A stretch of 64,000 nucleotides of DNA from an uncultured cyanobacterium (GCA_963703315.1 OY969811.1:4320001-4384000), one strand, 5' to 3'; shown: positions 40,850 through 49,790, numbered from the stretch's first letter. The notes: generated by a model from the sequence alone, not told the origin. Program-made: numbers and translations.

Positions 40850-40927
40850 CAAATAAGATTTTAAAAGCCTTGCTAAGCAAGGCTTTTAAAATCTTATTTG
40901 TTTTTTGCTAAAGCGCAAAGCGCTATA
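40850..40927. repeat. Perfect hairpin plus AGCGCAAAGCGCTATA end (related to the 29908 element)
   Basis: CAAATAAGATTTTAAAAGCCTTGC taa GCAAGGCTTTTAAAATCTTATTTG. Confidence 0.75.
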
Positions 40928-40948
40928 CACTAAACAATAGATAATTTG

Positions 40949-41052
40949 TAAGTAAGTAGGCTTAATTAAATATAAAACCTTAAAACCTGTGGCGCACGCG
41001 CAGCGTGCGCCACAGGTTTTAGATCTGGATTTTAATTATGCCGAGATACTTA
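40949..41052. mobile_element. ~104-bp MITE-like element (second family)
   Basis: TAAGTA...AAAACCTGTGGCGCACGC gca GCGTGCGCCACAGGTTTT...TACTTA; the core alone is also at 37587-37624. Confidence 0.75.
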
Positions 41053-41102
41053 AGCAATTACAAACGCAATCAATTGCAGCATCCTCCAGTCAACATTGGT
41101 AT

Positions 41103-41894
41103 ATGAGAAAGCTACTAAAGGGTTTACACAAGTTTCAATCGTCCTATTTTCCTGCTAATCAAGAAATTTTTGAACAACTCGCGGAAGGACAAAAACCACG
41201 AGTTTTATTTATCACCTGCTCGGACTCGCGGATTGTGCCGCATCTGATCACCCAGTCAGGTGTCGGTGAACTATTTGTGATCCGTAATGCAGGAAACTTA
41301 GTGCCGCCCTTTGGTGCTGCCAATGGTGGTGAAGGAGCCGCGATCGAGTATGCCATCCATGCCCTCGGTATTGAACAAGTGATTATCTGTGGTCACTCCA
41401 ACTGTGGCGCGATGAAAGGTTTGCTCAAGCTGGAAAAGCTGAGAACGGAGATGCCCCTTGTCTATGAGTGGTTGCAACACGCTGAGTCCACCCGCCGCCT
41501 GATTCAAGAGAATTATGCTGACATTAAGGGCGAAGAACTGATGGCGATTACGATGGCGGAGAACGTAGTCACTCAAATTGAGAACCTAAAAACCTATCCC
41601 GTCATTCGCTCGAAGTTACATCAAAATAAGATGTCGATCTATGGCTGGATCTATGACATTGAGACAGGAGAAGTACTGGCTTACAATCCTATAAATGATG
41701 ATTTTGAAGTTCCTCAAACTTTATTAGCGTTTGAAACTAGCACAAATGAGCAGTTTATCCATACTGATGCGCCACCGATTCCCTCTGCCTATCAGAATGG
41801 TTCTCCAAAGGTTAACGCTAAGAATGTTGGTGATTTACCTACATGGCTATCGCCCGAACAAGCCGATCGCATCTATCGTGGTTCTGCTAGATAA
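41103..41894 (+). CDS. ccaA: Carboxysomal beta carbonic anhydrase
   Basis: ITCSDSR, CGHSNCG; C-terminal WLSPEQADRIYRGS typical of CcaA; ATG at 41103. Confidence 0.92.
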   Translation: MRKLLKGLHKFQSSYFPANQEIFEQLAEGQKPRVLFITCSDSRIVPHLITQSGVGELFVIRNAGNLVPPFGAANGGEGAAIEYAIHALGIEQVIICGHSNCGAMKGLLKLEKLRTEMPLVYEWLQHAESTRRLIQENYADIKGEELMAITMAENVVTQIENLKTYPVIRSKLHQNKMSIYGWIYDIETGEVLAYNPINDDFEVPQTLLAFETSTNEQFIHTDAPPIPSAYQNGSPKVNAKNVGDLPTWLSPEQADRIYRGSAR

Positions 41895-41920
41895 ATTAGG
41901 AGTGGTGCAAAGCACCATTC

Positions 41921-42223
41921 TTAATTTATGCCATTCAGAATTGCATCTAATAAATTAGGAAATTTTGCATCTAAATCCTGACGACGCAAGGAATTATAAT
42001 GCTGAGTTCCTTCTAAGCGCGTGTACATAATGCCCATATCACGCAATACTTTGAAATGATGAGATTGGGTAGATTTGCTCGTTTCTAAACAAAATTCCCC
42101 GCAAGTAATTTCTTCCTTATCTGCTAGCATTTTCACAATTTGTAAGCGGGTTGGATCGCTGAGTGCATAAAGAACGCCAGTAAGGGAAATATTGTCGCGA
42201 TCGGGATGGGGATATTGACGCAT
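41921..42223 (-). CDS. ArsR/SmtB-family regulator
   Basis: ALSDPTRLQIV...CGEF..SKSTQSHHFKVLR; divergent from the OYE gene. Confidence 0.9.
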   Translation of the reverse strand: MRQYPHPDRDNISLTGVLYALSDPTRLQIVKMLADKEEITCGEFCLETSKSTQSHHFKVLRDMGIMYTRLEGTQHYNSLRRQDLDAKFPNLLDAILNGIN

Positions 42224-42297
42224 CACACAGCCTTAAACAAATTCAAGATATCTCAAAAGATATAAATCTTATGTAGATTATGCCATATTATTGCATA

Positions 42298-42335
42298 AAT
42301 TTCTATAGTTCGCTTATAATCGAACTATAGAAATT
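42298..42335. promoter_or_regulatory. Operator enclosing the -10 box of the OYE promoter
   Basis: AATTTCTATAGTTCG-CTTATAAT-CGAACTATAGAAATT; TTGCAT at 42291 and TATAAT at 42315. Confidence 0.7.
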
Positions 42336-42359
42336 CTAACTACACCCCATATCAATCCT

Positions 42360-43451
42360 ATGAGCGCTCCTCTTCTCTCTACAGTTCAACTCGGTCGTTA
42401 TACCTTACCTAATCGGATTGTATTAGCTCCTCTCACCCGCAATCGGGCGGCGGCTGGCAATGTACCCACAGCATTAAATGCCTTGTATTATGAACAAAGA
42501 GCTTCCGCAGGATTATTAATTACTGAAGCATCCCAGATTTCTCCTCAAGGATTGGGATATCCCAATACTCCCGGAATTCATTCAGCAGAACAAATTGCAG
42601 GTTGGCGCTTAATCACCGAGGCAGTTCATGCTAAAGGTGGCAAAATCTTTTTACAACTTTGGCACGTAGGCAGAATCTCCCACCCTGATTTACAACCTAA
42701 TGGCGAGTTACCCGTTGCACCATCGGCGATCGCTCCAGAAGGTGAATCGGCTACCTACACTGGCATGAAGCCCTATGTCACGCCCCGTGCCTTAGAACTA
42801 GCAGAAATCCCCCAAATTATTGAACAATATCGCTTTGCCTCCAAGAATGCGTTGGAAGCTGGCTTTGATGGTGTGGAAATTCATAGTGCTAATGGATATC
42901 TCTTAGATCAATTTTTGCAAGATAATTCCAATCATCGCACTGATATTTACGGTGGTTCCGTAGAGAATCGCGCTCGTCTATTATTGGAAGTGACAGAAGC
43001 GGTAGTCGATGTCTGGGGTGGCGATCGCGTTGGGGTGAGACTATCTCCTAGCGGCGTATTTAATAGTATGTATGATTCCAATCGGGCGGCAATATTCGGC
43101 TATGCGGTTAAGGAATTGAATCGCTTTAATCTTGCCTATTTACATTTAGTTGCGCCTAGAGTCGAAGGATTTGGGTCACCCGAAGATCAACCTGATCTTG
43201 GTGCAGATTTCTTCCGTCCAATTTATAATGGCACGATTATGACTGCGGGCGGTTATAGCTTTGAGACAGGAAATCAGGCGATCGCTTCAGGAAATGCGGA
43301 TCTGGTTGCCTTTGGTCGTCTCTACATCGCAAATCCTGATTTAGTAGAACGGTTTGCAGCGAATGCGCCTCTCAATAAGCCCGATCGTCATACTTTCTAT
43401 GGTGGAGATGAGAAGGGTTATACAGACTATCCAAGCTTACAAGCTGCGTAA
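42360..43451 (+). CDS. Old yellow enzyme / alkene reductase (NemA-like)
   Basis: APLTRNRA, QLWHVGR, EIHSANGYL, FGR.YIANPDL, GYTDYP. Confidence 0.93.
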   Translation: MSAPLLSTVQLGRYTLPNRIVLAPLTRNRAAAGNVPTALNALYYEQRASAGLLITEASQISPQGLGYPNTPGIHSAEQIAGWRLITEAVHAKGGKIFLQLWHVGRISHPDLQPNGELPVAPSAIAPEGESATYTGMKPYVTPRALELAEIPQIIEQYRFASKNALEAGFDGVEIHSANGYLLDQFLQDNSNHRTDIYGGSVENRARLLLEVTEAVVDVWGGDRVGVRLSPSGVFNSMYDSNRAAIFGYAVKELNRFNLAYLHLVAPRVEGFGSPEDQPDLGADFFRPIYNGTIMTAGGYSFETGNQAIASGNADLVAFGRLYIANPDLVERFAANAPLNKPDRHTFYGGDEKGYTDYPSLQAA

Positions 43452-43460
43452 CTTTCAATC

Positions 43461-43538
43461 TATAGCTATCACAAAAGAGAGTGACGATGCTTCGCATCGT
43501 CACTCTCTTTTTTTGGCTTTCAAATTTGATACTCTATA
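43461..43538. mobile_element. Hairpin element at the higB 5' breakpoint
   Basis: TATAGCTATC...AAAAGAGAGTGACGATGC ttc GCATCGTCACTCTCTTTT...GATACTCTATA. Confidence 0.65.
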
Positions 43539-43711
43539 CAGAGGCGATACCAAATCTAGAAGATCTCTGCGTACCACCTGCCAATCACCTAGAAGCAATT
43601 GTTGGCGATCGCGTTGGACAATACAGTATCCGCATTACGAAGCAGTGGCGACTCTGTTTTGTTTGGCAAAATGGAAATGCTTATGATGTTGAGATTGTTG
43701 ATTATCATTAG
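43539..43711 (+). pseudogene. higB: 5'-truncated HigB/RelE toxin
   Basis: Only the C-terminal half (LEDL.VPPAN.LEA..GDR.GQYSIRI..QWR.CF...VEIVDYH) remains; the ORF N-terminus is read from the hairpin. Confidence 0.75.
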
Positions 43712-43722
43712 GAGAAAAGGCA

Positions 43723-44025
43723 ATGGAAGACACTTTGCTGCGTAATCCTCATGTTGGCGAAATCTTGCAATATGAGTTTTTAGAAGAGTTAGATATTAGT
43801 GCAAATAGTTTGGCTGATAGTTTGCGTTTACCTTATTTGAGTATTCAGCAAATTATTCAAGGTAAGGCTCCGATGACTGCGGATGTGGATTTGCGGTTAT
43901 GTCGCTATTTTGGGTTGGCGGATGGTTATTTTTTGCGGTTGCATTATGCCTATGAGTTGATGGAAGCCAAAAGAAATTTAGGTGATATATTGCGTCACAT
44001 AGTTCCGATTGTAGCATTACATTAG
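43723..44025 (+). CDS. higA: HigA-family antitoxin
   Basis: HVGEILQYEFL...LA..L......I..II.GK..MTAD.DLRLCRYFG. Confidence 0.88.
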   Translation: MEDTLLRNPHVGEILQYEFLEELDISANSLADSLRLPYLSIQQIIQGKAPMTADVDLRLCRYFGLADGYFLRLHYAYELMEAKRNLGDILRHIVPIVALH

Positions 44026-44049
44026 ATCACTTATCGAGTTACCGATCGC

Positions 44050-44658
44050 TCATGAAAAATAGGATTGGAAAGGACTAGATAAAATACCGAGTAATTTACC
44101 AATTTCCTTGATGAAATAATCTTCTTGATCAATCCAAAGTGTTCGCTCTTCAAGACGTAAAAATTTCCAAATCATACCTGTTGTCACCACACCATAAATA
44201 GGGAAACTGTTCTCACTTCTGGCATTAAATCTTTGAGCCGCAACCATTTCCGCAATACATTGTCCTAAGCCACCTTTAATATTTTCGTTTTTCGCCTCCA
44301 CAAGGGTAATCACTGGACAAGAGATTTCATAGATTTCACTGGAGGCTGTCAATAGAAAGTCACAAAATCCATTTAATCCAGCTTCTGCATCAACATTAAA
44401 TTCTGTGCCAGAGAAGAAGCCTACCTTTTGATCAAATATTTGCCGAATTTCTAGCAGGATAGGAGCAATCAGCAATTCAGATCTAGCTTTTTCGGTATTG
44501 ATGGCATTGGCAATAGAGAGATTACGTTTGAGGGTTTGTTGCAGATAGTCACTAATCGCTAAGGGCTGAATATCCACAAATAGATTTTTCGATTCTTTTA
44601 TCGCCAAGCTAAATTTTTCTTGTACTTGGGCGATCGTCTTAAATTCACTGTATGACAT
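44050..44658 (-). CDS. Conserved cyanobacterial PD-(D/E)XK-like protein (HsdR-N-like)
   Basis: EKARSELLI, GFCDF, VEAK, GQCIAEM, VTTG..WKF. Confidence 0.7.
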   Translation of the reverse strand: MSYSEFKTIAQVQEKFSLAIKESKNLFVDIQPLAISDYLQQTLKRNLSIANAINTEKARSELLIAPILLEIRQIFDQKVGFFSGTEFNVDAEAGLNGFCDFLLTASSEIYEISCPVITLVEAKNENIKGGLGQCIAEMVAAQRFNARSENSFPIYGVVTTGMIWKFLRLEERTLWIDQEDYFIKEIGKLLGILSSPFQSYFS

Positions 44659-44764
44659 CAGTATTAATCCTCATTTTGTGATTTCTTTTACTTCAAAATC
44701 TATTTAGTTTTGGTTATTGACGTTGTTTGAGAAGTAGACAAAACTCAAGGATTTCTTTTTACTT

Positions 44765-45583
44765 TTATATATCTAAATCCATTTCAAGCTGAGCAATATT
44801 CTCAAGTTCTTTATTAGTAAATGTAAGGCTCTCCAAAATAGACTGACCTTTCTTTGTTTTAATGTCATGAAGATCTAGCTCTTTCATTTCAGGATATCCC
44901 ATCCAATTTGTACCGAATAAAAAGCTCCACTGATGTTTATCCCCTACATAAGCTTTTCGGATTTGCCAATGTTTTTTTGGAACACTACATATGTATTCAG
45001 TTAATCGTTTAAATCTATCAGCACTATCAGATTTCAAACAGCGTTTTACATTTGTAGCTGAAAAGTAGATAAGAATATCTATGGATTCTAAATGTTTATG
45101 GTTAAACGCTTTAGCTAACTCATCAAAGGGCGGTACAGAACCATTTTCATCGGAGTAAAGTAATCCATATAATCTCTTCTTATTGTTCCGAGAGTATGTA
45201 TAAAGCATATCAGAAATATTTTGGATTGCTAAATGATTAGCGCAGGGAAAGTATTTAGCCTCGCATGGAAATTGCTCAATATTTTTCTCTGATTCCTGAA
45301 GTGCAGAGGGTTCTAAGTCAACAAAATGGCATCGGGAATCAACTTTATGGTTTACTGACTCTTGTAAAAAAATTACAGGACTGCCTACCCCATATTCATT
45401 GGTAATCCCCGGTCCTGCATTTAGATCAATATAGTGATATTTATGAGATAGCCAATAATTACTCTGATATTTGTCAAAAATAACTTGGCAAATTCTTAAG
45501 TGTACATCTACAAATTTTCTAAACTGTTTCTGTTTAATAAGTGTATTTTTACTAAACCCTTGACCAGATGAATTGATTGGCAT
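44765..45583 (-). CDS. TcmP-like (three-Cys-motif partner) methyltransferase-fold protein
   Basis: T..KQ..F..., YIDLNAGPG, GSP, HFVDLE, YSDENG at the DP.G position, DILI.F. Confidence 0.7.
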   Translation of the reverse strand: MPINSSGQGFSKNTLIKQKQFRKFVDVHLRICQVIFDKYQSNYWLSHKYHYIDLNAGPGITNEYGVGSPVIFLQESVNHKVDSRCHFVDLEPSALQESEKNIEQFPCEAKYFPCANHLAIQNISDMLYTYSRNNKKRLYGLLYSDENGSVPPFDELAKAFNHKHLESIDILIYFSATNVKRCLKSDSADRFKRLTEYICSVPKKHWQIRKAYVGDKHQWSFLFGTNWMGYPEMKELDLHDIKTKKGQSILESLTFTNKELENIAQLEMDLDI

Positions 45584-45677
45584 CCTATTTTCCCTTAATA
45601 GGTGTATATTTCTAAAAATATAGCATATAGTTAATTTTAGTATATTGTACTTTTTTCAAAAAAATTGAGGTTTTGCT

Positions 45678-46742
45678 ATGGATACTGTAAGAGGCACTGA
45701 AACTGTCGCTAGTCCTCTACAGGAAAGCGCACTAAGGAAAAAAGGACTATGTGACTACGTGATTAACGTTGCCTCTGGTTGTTTGCATGGTTGCACATTT
45801 TGTTATGTCCCCTCAACCCCAGTCATCAGAACCAGACAAGCACAACTAGCCCTCAAGGGCGTTGATAATCCTCAAATGGACTGGGGGAAATATCTTTTTG
45901 TACGTGAAGGTATTGCCGAGCAATTAGAAGAAACTCTTAGTCGCAAGAAAACTTGGAAAACCACAGAATCAGGACAAGGAGTCGTCATGCTCTGTTCTGG
46001 AACTGATCCTTACCAAAACCATCAAACCGCAACAATCACTCGGTAAGTTGTCAAAGTATTACTTAAATATGATAAACGAGTACGGATTTTGACTCGTAGC
46101 CCTCTATGGATAAACGATATAGACATTTTGCGGTCAAAAAATGTAACTGTTGGCATGAGCTTACCAATGCTCGATGATGAACTGAGTCGCAAAATTGAAC
46201 CCGCAGCACCTCTACCATCTGACCGATACAAAGCGATGATGAAAGGATATGAAGCGGGAATTAAGCTATATGTGGCAATCGCCCCCACTCCGCCAACAAT
46301 GCAATTACAAGATTTTCAAAAATTATTAGAGCAGGTAATGAAATTTGAACCTGAAGTAATTTTCTGGGAACCAATAAATGCTCGTGGTACAAATGGCAAG
46401 AGAATGCTAGAAGCAGGACTAGATTTTGTCCGTTCCGTAACTAATAGAGACTCTTGGGCAGAGAACTTTATTCAACAATGGCAAGATATTGAGCAAGCTG
46501 CTAACAAAATTGGTTGCAAGGATCTCCTGCATATTTGGGTCGATCCAGAACTTCGAGGTTTTGTGGAAGATGATGCTCTAGACTATTGGCTGTTCAGACA
46601 AACTGTAGAAGATTGGGATAACTACACAAGAAAACCTAAGCCAATAGAAACACCCATATCTCAGACTGTAGCACAACAAAATAAAGCAGTTCGCAAACCA
46701 AACAAAGCACAAAAAGGACTTGTGAAATTAGTCGCGTCCTGA
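45678..46742 (+). pseudogene. Radical SAM protein (spore-photoproduct-lyase-like) interrupted by in-frame TAA at 46044-46046
   Basis: GCLHGCTFCY and GTDPYQ, then ILTRSP and IEP.A in the same frame after a single stop. Confidence 0.8.
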
Positions 46743-46746
46743 GATT

Positions 46747-46837
46747 AGAGCGATGGCTTGTGAGGTGAAAGTATGGATGTTTTAGGCGATCGCTTTGTGA
46801 TTAGATTAGGGCGATCGCTGTTTTGATGTTGTTGGTT
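46747..46837. repeat. Left ~90-bp HIP1-rich direct repeat
   Basis: ...GGATGTTTTAGGCGATCGCTTTGTGATTAGATTAGGGCGATCGCTGTTTTGATGTTGTTGGTT. Confidence 0.8.
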
Positions 46838-46860
46838 ATGTTGGGGGCGATCAAGAAATT

Positions 46861-47145
46861 CTAAGCTTTTGCCGTTGTGACATAAGACTTATGTGCTTCT
46901 GCATAAATTTTTAAAGCGACCGACATTTGCTGGGACGCATTTTCACCTTGTGATTGAAACCATGCGAAAGTTTCAGGATCGATTTGAACTGATGCTGTAA
47001 TTTGTTTAGGAATTCTCAACTTTGCTTTAGCCCAAAATTCTGCTGATAGTGGAGGGATATCAGATGTATCAATATCCTCATCACCCATTGCGTCAATTCT
47101 CTCCCAATCAGTCTTCGATGTATTGTTCATAGTGTTTGCGTTCAT
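46861..47145 (-). CDS. brnA: BrnA antitoxin
   Basis: KTDWERIDAM.DEDID.SDIP...QID.ETFAWFQSQG. Confidence 0.85.
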   Translation of the reverse strand: MNANTMNNTSKTDWERIDAMGDEDIDTSDIPPLSAEFWAKAKLRIPKQITASVQIDPETFAWFQSQGENASQQMSVALKIYAEAHKSYVTTAKA

Positions 47146-47386
47146 AAGATAGAGCTTTTCTTAATGAAATAATCCTAATTGTTTTTTCGTCAGGTTCTGT
47201 ATAGACCCCCACCAGCACTCGACCTTGAAGTAAACCAATACCGATATATCGATCCTCTCCATAGTTTTCTCTTTCGTCAAGTTCAATAACCATAGGCATA
47301 TTGAAAACTAGATAAGCGTCAGCAAAGTCAAATCCATGTTTAGCGCGGTTAATTTGATTCTTACGTTCATCCCACTCAAATCTCAT
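47108..47386 (-). CDS. brnT: BrnT toxin
   Basis: MRFEWDERKN..N..KHGFDF...YGEDR...RIISLRKA...ER..Y; ATG at 47386. Confidence 0.9.
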   Translation of the reverse strand: MRFEWDERKNQINRAKHGFDFADAYLVFNMPMVIELDERENYGEDRYIGIGLLQGRVLVGVYTEPDEKTIRIISLRKALSYERKHYEQYIED

Positions 47387-47469
47387 TTTAAAGTTTAGTA
47401 GTTGTGTGTGTTGGGATTTTCTTAATTTTAACTTGCGTTTACTACTATTTGATGAGGTTGGTTTGTTGA

Positions 47470-47561
47470 GGGGCGATCGCTTGTGTGTGGAAAGTTGGAT
47501 GTTTGAGGCGATCGCTTTGTGATTGAGATTAGGGGCGATCGCTGTTTTGAAGTTGTTGGTT
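47470..47561. repeat. Right ~90-bp HIP1-rich direct repeat
   Basis: ...GGATGTTTGAGGCGATCGCTTTGTGATTGAGATTAGGGGCGATCGCTGTTTTGAAGTTGTTGGTT. Confidence 0.8.
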
Positions 47562-47584
47562 TGATAGGCAGTGTCAGCAAACAA

Positions 47585-48802
47585 TCAGCTATCAAGAGCG
47601 ATCGCTTGATCAATGGCTAATTTTTCATTAAGACGGAGTTGATAAACGGGTAGTTCTTTGGTGGAGATGCCACTAATGATGCAAAAACTGTTTGCTTCCA
47701 TTCCACGCGCTAACATTTCGATACACCAAGTATGCCTTGCTTGATCGAGCGTAAGTATGGAACCATCCAAATTACGATAGGGCTGTGTCCAACGTTCCCA
47801 TAATTGTTCGATTTCTTCTAAAGACAGAGCTTGGCGATCGCCACTAAGAAACATTGGTTCTAGATCAACATTTTGGATGTCTTTACTACGCACCTTCAGA
47901 TAGTTACTCAGAGGATTGTTAGTTGCCGAGCCGTAACGATGCCCCAGAATTTTTTGATTAAGAGGGACTGAACGCCCATTATTTATAAGATCTTTAATGC
48001 GTAAAATCCCGTGATTAGCTTGAATTTGATAATCCTTGAGGCGCAATCTCGTAATGTCGATCGCTGTCAGTCCTGCCCCAAATAATATATAGGCGATCGC
48101 ATAGTCCTTTGCCCCACATTTCTTTGCTTGCAAGAGAATATCGCGCACGGTCTCCGCAGGAATATCGACAATTGGTTTTGCTTGGGCGATCGGGCTGACC
48201 TCTTGGACAAACATATCCACAAGAGTACTAATAAACTCATCGCGATCGTGCCAAATTGCTTGGACATCACTGGTTAAAGTAATGACGGCATAACCCAAAA
48301 TACAAGTATTTAATAAGTTAGCCAGTTTAATTGGGGGTAAAGAATATTGCAACCGTGAATTGAGCAACACATCATGAAGTGCCGTCGCGATCGTTTGGTT
48401 AACTTGATTAATCCCTTGAGCAAGGGCTTGACGACTTTCGAGCGGATATTGCCCTGCTTCACCGACAAGCGATCGCATCAACTCAGGCACACTTTCGAGC
48501 GCCCGCAATGAACTCTGAATGTAATATTTGAGAAATCGACGCAGATCGCTCTGGGTAGACATATCAGACACCATCAGTGACTCTCCCACTTGAGCCAACA
48601 CCAGATATTTTTGCAGACATTCTTGCAATACGGCTAGTAATAAACCATGTTTATTACCAAAATGACGAAATAAAGTTACTTCATTAACCTGAGCAAAGTC
48701 GGCAATCTGACGGGTAGTGGTCTCGGTAATTCCTTTGCTAGCAAACAACTCTAGTGCTGTGTTGACTATGCGTTGGCGAGTCGGAATTCGAGATACAGAC
48801 AT
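47585..48802 (-). CDS. TetR-family regulator fused to a degenerate tyrosine-recombinase catalytic domain (possibly PfsR-like)
   Basis: TetR HTH TTRQIA..AQVNEVTLFRHFGNK; C-terminal LFGAGLT..DI..L...D, RSVPL, DQARHTW, and Y near the end. Confidence 0.8.
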   Translation of the reverse strand: MSVSRIPTRQRIVNTALELFASKGITETTTRQIADFAQVNEVTLFRHFGNKHGLLLAVLQECLQKYLVLAQVGESLMVSDMSTQSDLRRFLKYYIQSSLRALESVPELMRSLVGEAGQYPLESRQALAQGINQVNQTIATALHDVLLNSRLQYSLPPIKLANLLNTCILGYAVITLTSDVQAIWHDRDEFISTLVDMFVQEVSPIAQAKPIVDIPAETVRDILLQAKKCGAKDYAIAYILFGAGLTAIDITRLRLKDYQIQANHGILRIKDLINNGRSVPLNQKILGHRYGSATNNPLSNYLKVRSKDIQNVDLEPMFLSGDRQALSLEEIEQLWERWTQPYRNLDGSILTLDQARHTWCIEMLARGMEANSFCIISGISTKELPVYQLRLNEKLAIDQAIALDS

Positions 48803-48827
48803 GGGAGTATGTACCATTGAGATGATT

Positions 48828-48896
48828 TGCAAGTGATACTTGCATTATTACTTAAAAAACAGTTAGACTTATATATAACTGTAAGTGATACTTGCA
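48828..48896. promoter_or_regulatory. Twin 17-bp palindromic operators
   Basis: TGCAAGT-GAT-ACTTGCA (48828-48844) and TGTAAGT-GAT-ACTTGCA (48880-48896). Confidence 0.8.
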
Positions 48897-48926
48897 TCTC
48901 CTCACCACCCCTTAAGTTGTTATTTC

Positions 48927-49790
48927 ATGACTGTCACTACTGAAGCCCCATCAACTGAACTAAAACTGAACTGGACAAGTGTTATCTTCTTCAGTGTTTT
49001 TCATATCGCTGCTTTAGCTGCCCCTTTCTACTTTTCATGGAAAGCTGTAATCCTTACAATTTTCCTACATTGGTTCCTTGGCAGTATCGGCATTACCTTA
49101 GGTTATCACCGCTTACTTAGCCATCGCAGCTTTCAAGTGCCGCAGTGGTTGGAATACATCATCGCTACTATTGGGGCATTAGCGCTTCAAGGTGGTCCTG
49201 TATTTTGGGTGGGTGGACATCGCCAGCATCACGGTTTTACAGAAGATAATCAAAAAGATCCCTATTCTGCCAATAAAGGTTTTTGGTGGAGCCACATGAT
49301 GTGGATTATGTACTCCAAACCTGAGCATTTTGATCCTAATAACTACAACAAATTTGCTCCAGATCTAGCTAATGATTCTTACTACCGTTTTCTAGATCGT
49401 TATTTTGTGCTGTTGCAAATCCCCTTCGCCGCCCTGATTTATCTTCTCGGCGAAAAGGTTTTCTCTGGGCTTGGTTTATCATTCTTGGTCTATGGCGTAG
49501 CCGTACGCTCGGTATTTCTCTGGCATAGCACTTGGTTGATTAACTCCGCTTGCCACAAATGGGGCTACAAAAACTTTGCCGAAACCGCAGACCACTCTAC
49601 CAATCTTTGGTGGGCAGCAATTTTGACCTACGGTGAAGGCTGGCACAACAATCACCATGCTTATCCCAAATCTGCACGTTCAGGCTTGAAATGGTGGGAA
49701 ATTGATCCAACTTGGGGCGTAATCAATTTGCTTCAGGTATTGGGTTTAGCCAAGAAGGTCTATATCGCTGAACCTTGGCAAGCTAAATAA
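48927..49790 (+). CDS. desC: Delta-9 acyl-lipid desaturase
   Basis: His boxes HRLLSH, HRQHH, HNNHH; GEGWHNNHH; WWEID. Confidence 0.92.
   Translation: MTVTTEAPSTELKLNWTSVIFFSVFHIAALAAPFYFSWKAVILTIFLHWFLGSIGITLGYHRLLSHRSFQVPQWLEYIIATIGALALQGGPVFWVGGHRQHHGFTEDNQKDPYSANKGFWWSHMMWIMYSKPEHFDPNNYNKFAPDLANDSYYRFLDRYFVLLQIPFAALIYLLGEKVFSGLGLSFLVYGVAVRSVFLWHSTWLINSACHKWGYKNFAETADHSTNLWWAAILTYGEGWHNNHHAYPKSARSGLKWWEIDPTWGVINLLQVLGLAKKVYIAEPWQAK

Noticed and set aside
40989..41102. N-terminal extension of ccaA in the ORF track
   Set aside because: It is read out of a MITE; homology starts at ATG 41103.
45639..45651. LexA box (AGTATATTGTACT) before the radical SAM gene
   Set aside because: It is one base short of, and mismatched to, the cyanobacterial RGTACNNNDGTWCB consensus.
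47387..47584. 66-aa extension of BrnT and the overlapping 61-aa ORF
   Set aside because: These are translations of the HIP1-rich repeat; BrnT begins at MRFEWD.
47585..48200. Active integrase marking a prophage or ICE
   Set aside because: The catalytic Arg and His are substituted, the domain is fused to TetR, the gene is HIP1-rich, and no phage or conjugation genes are nearby.
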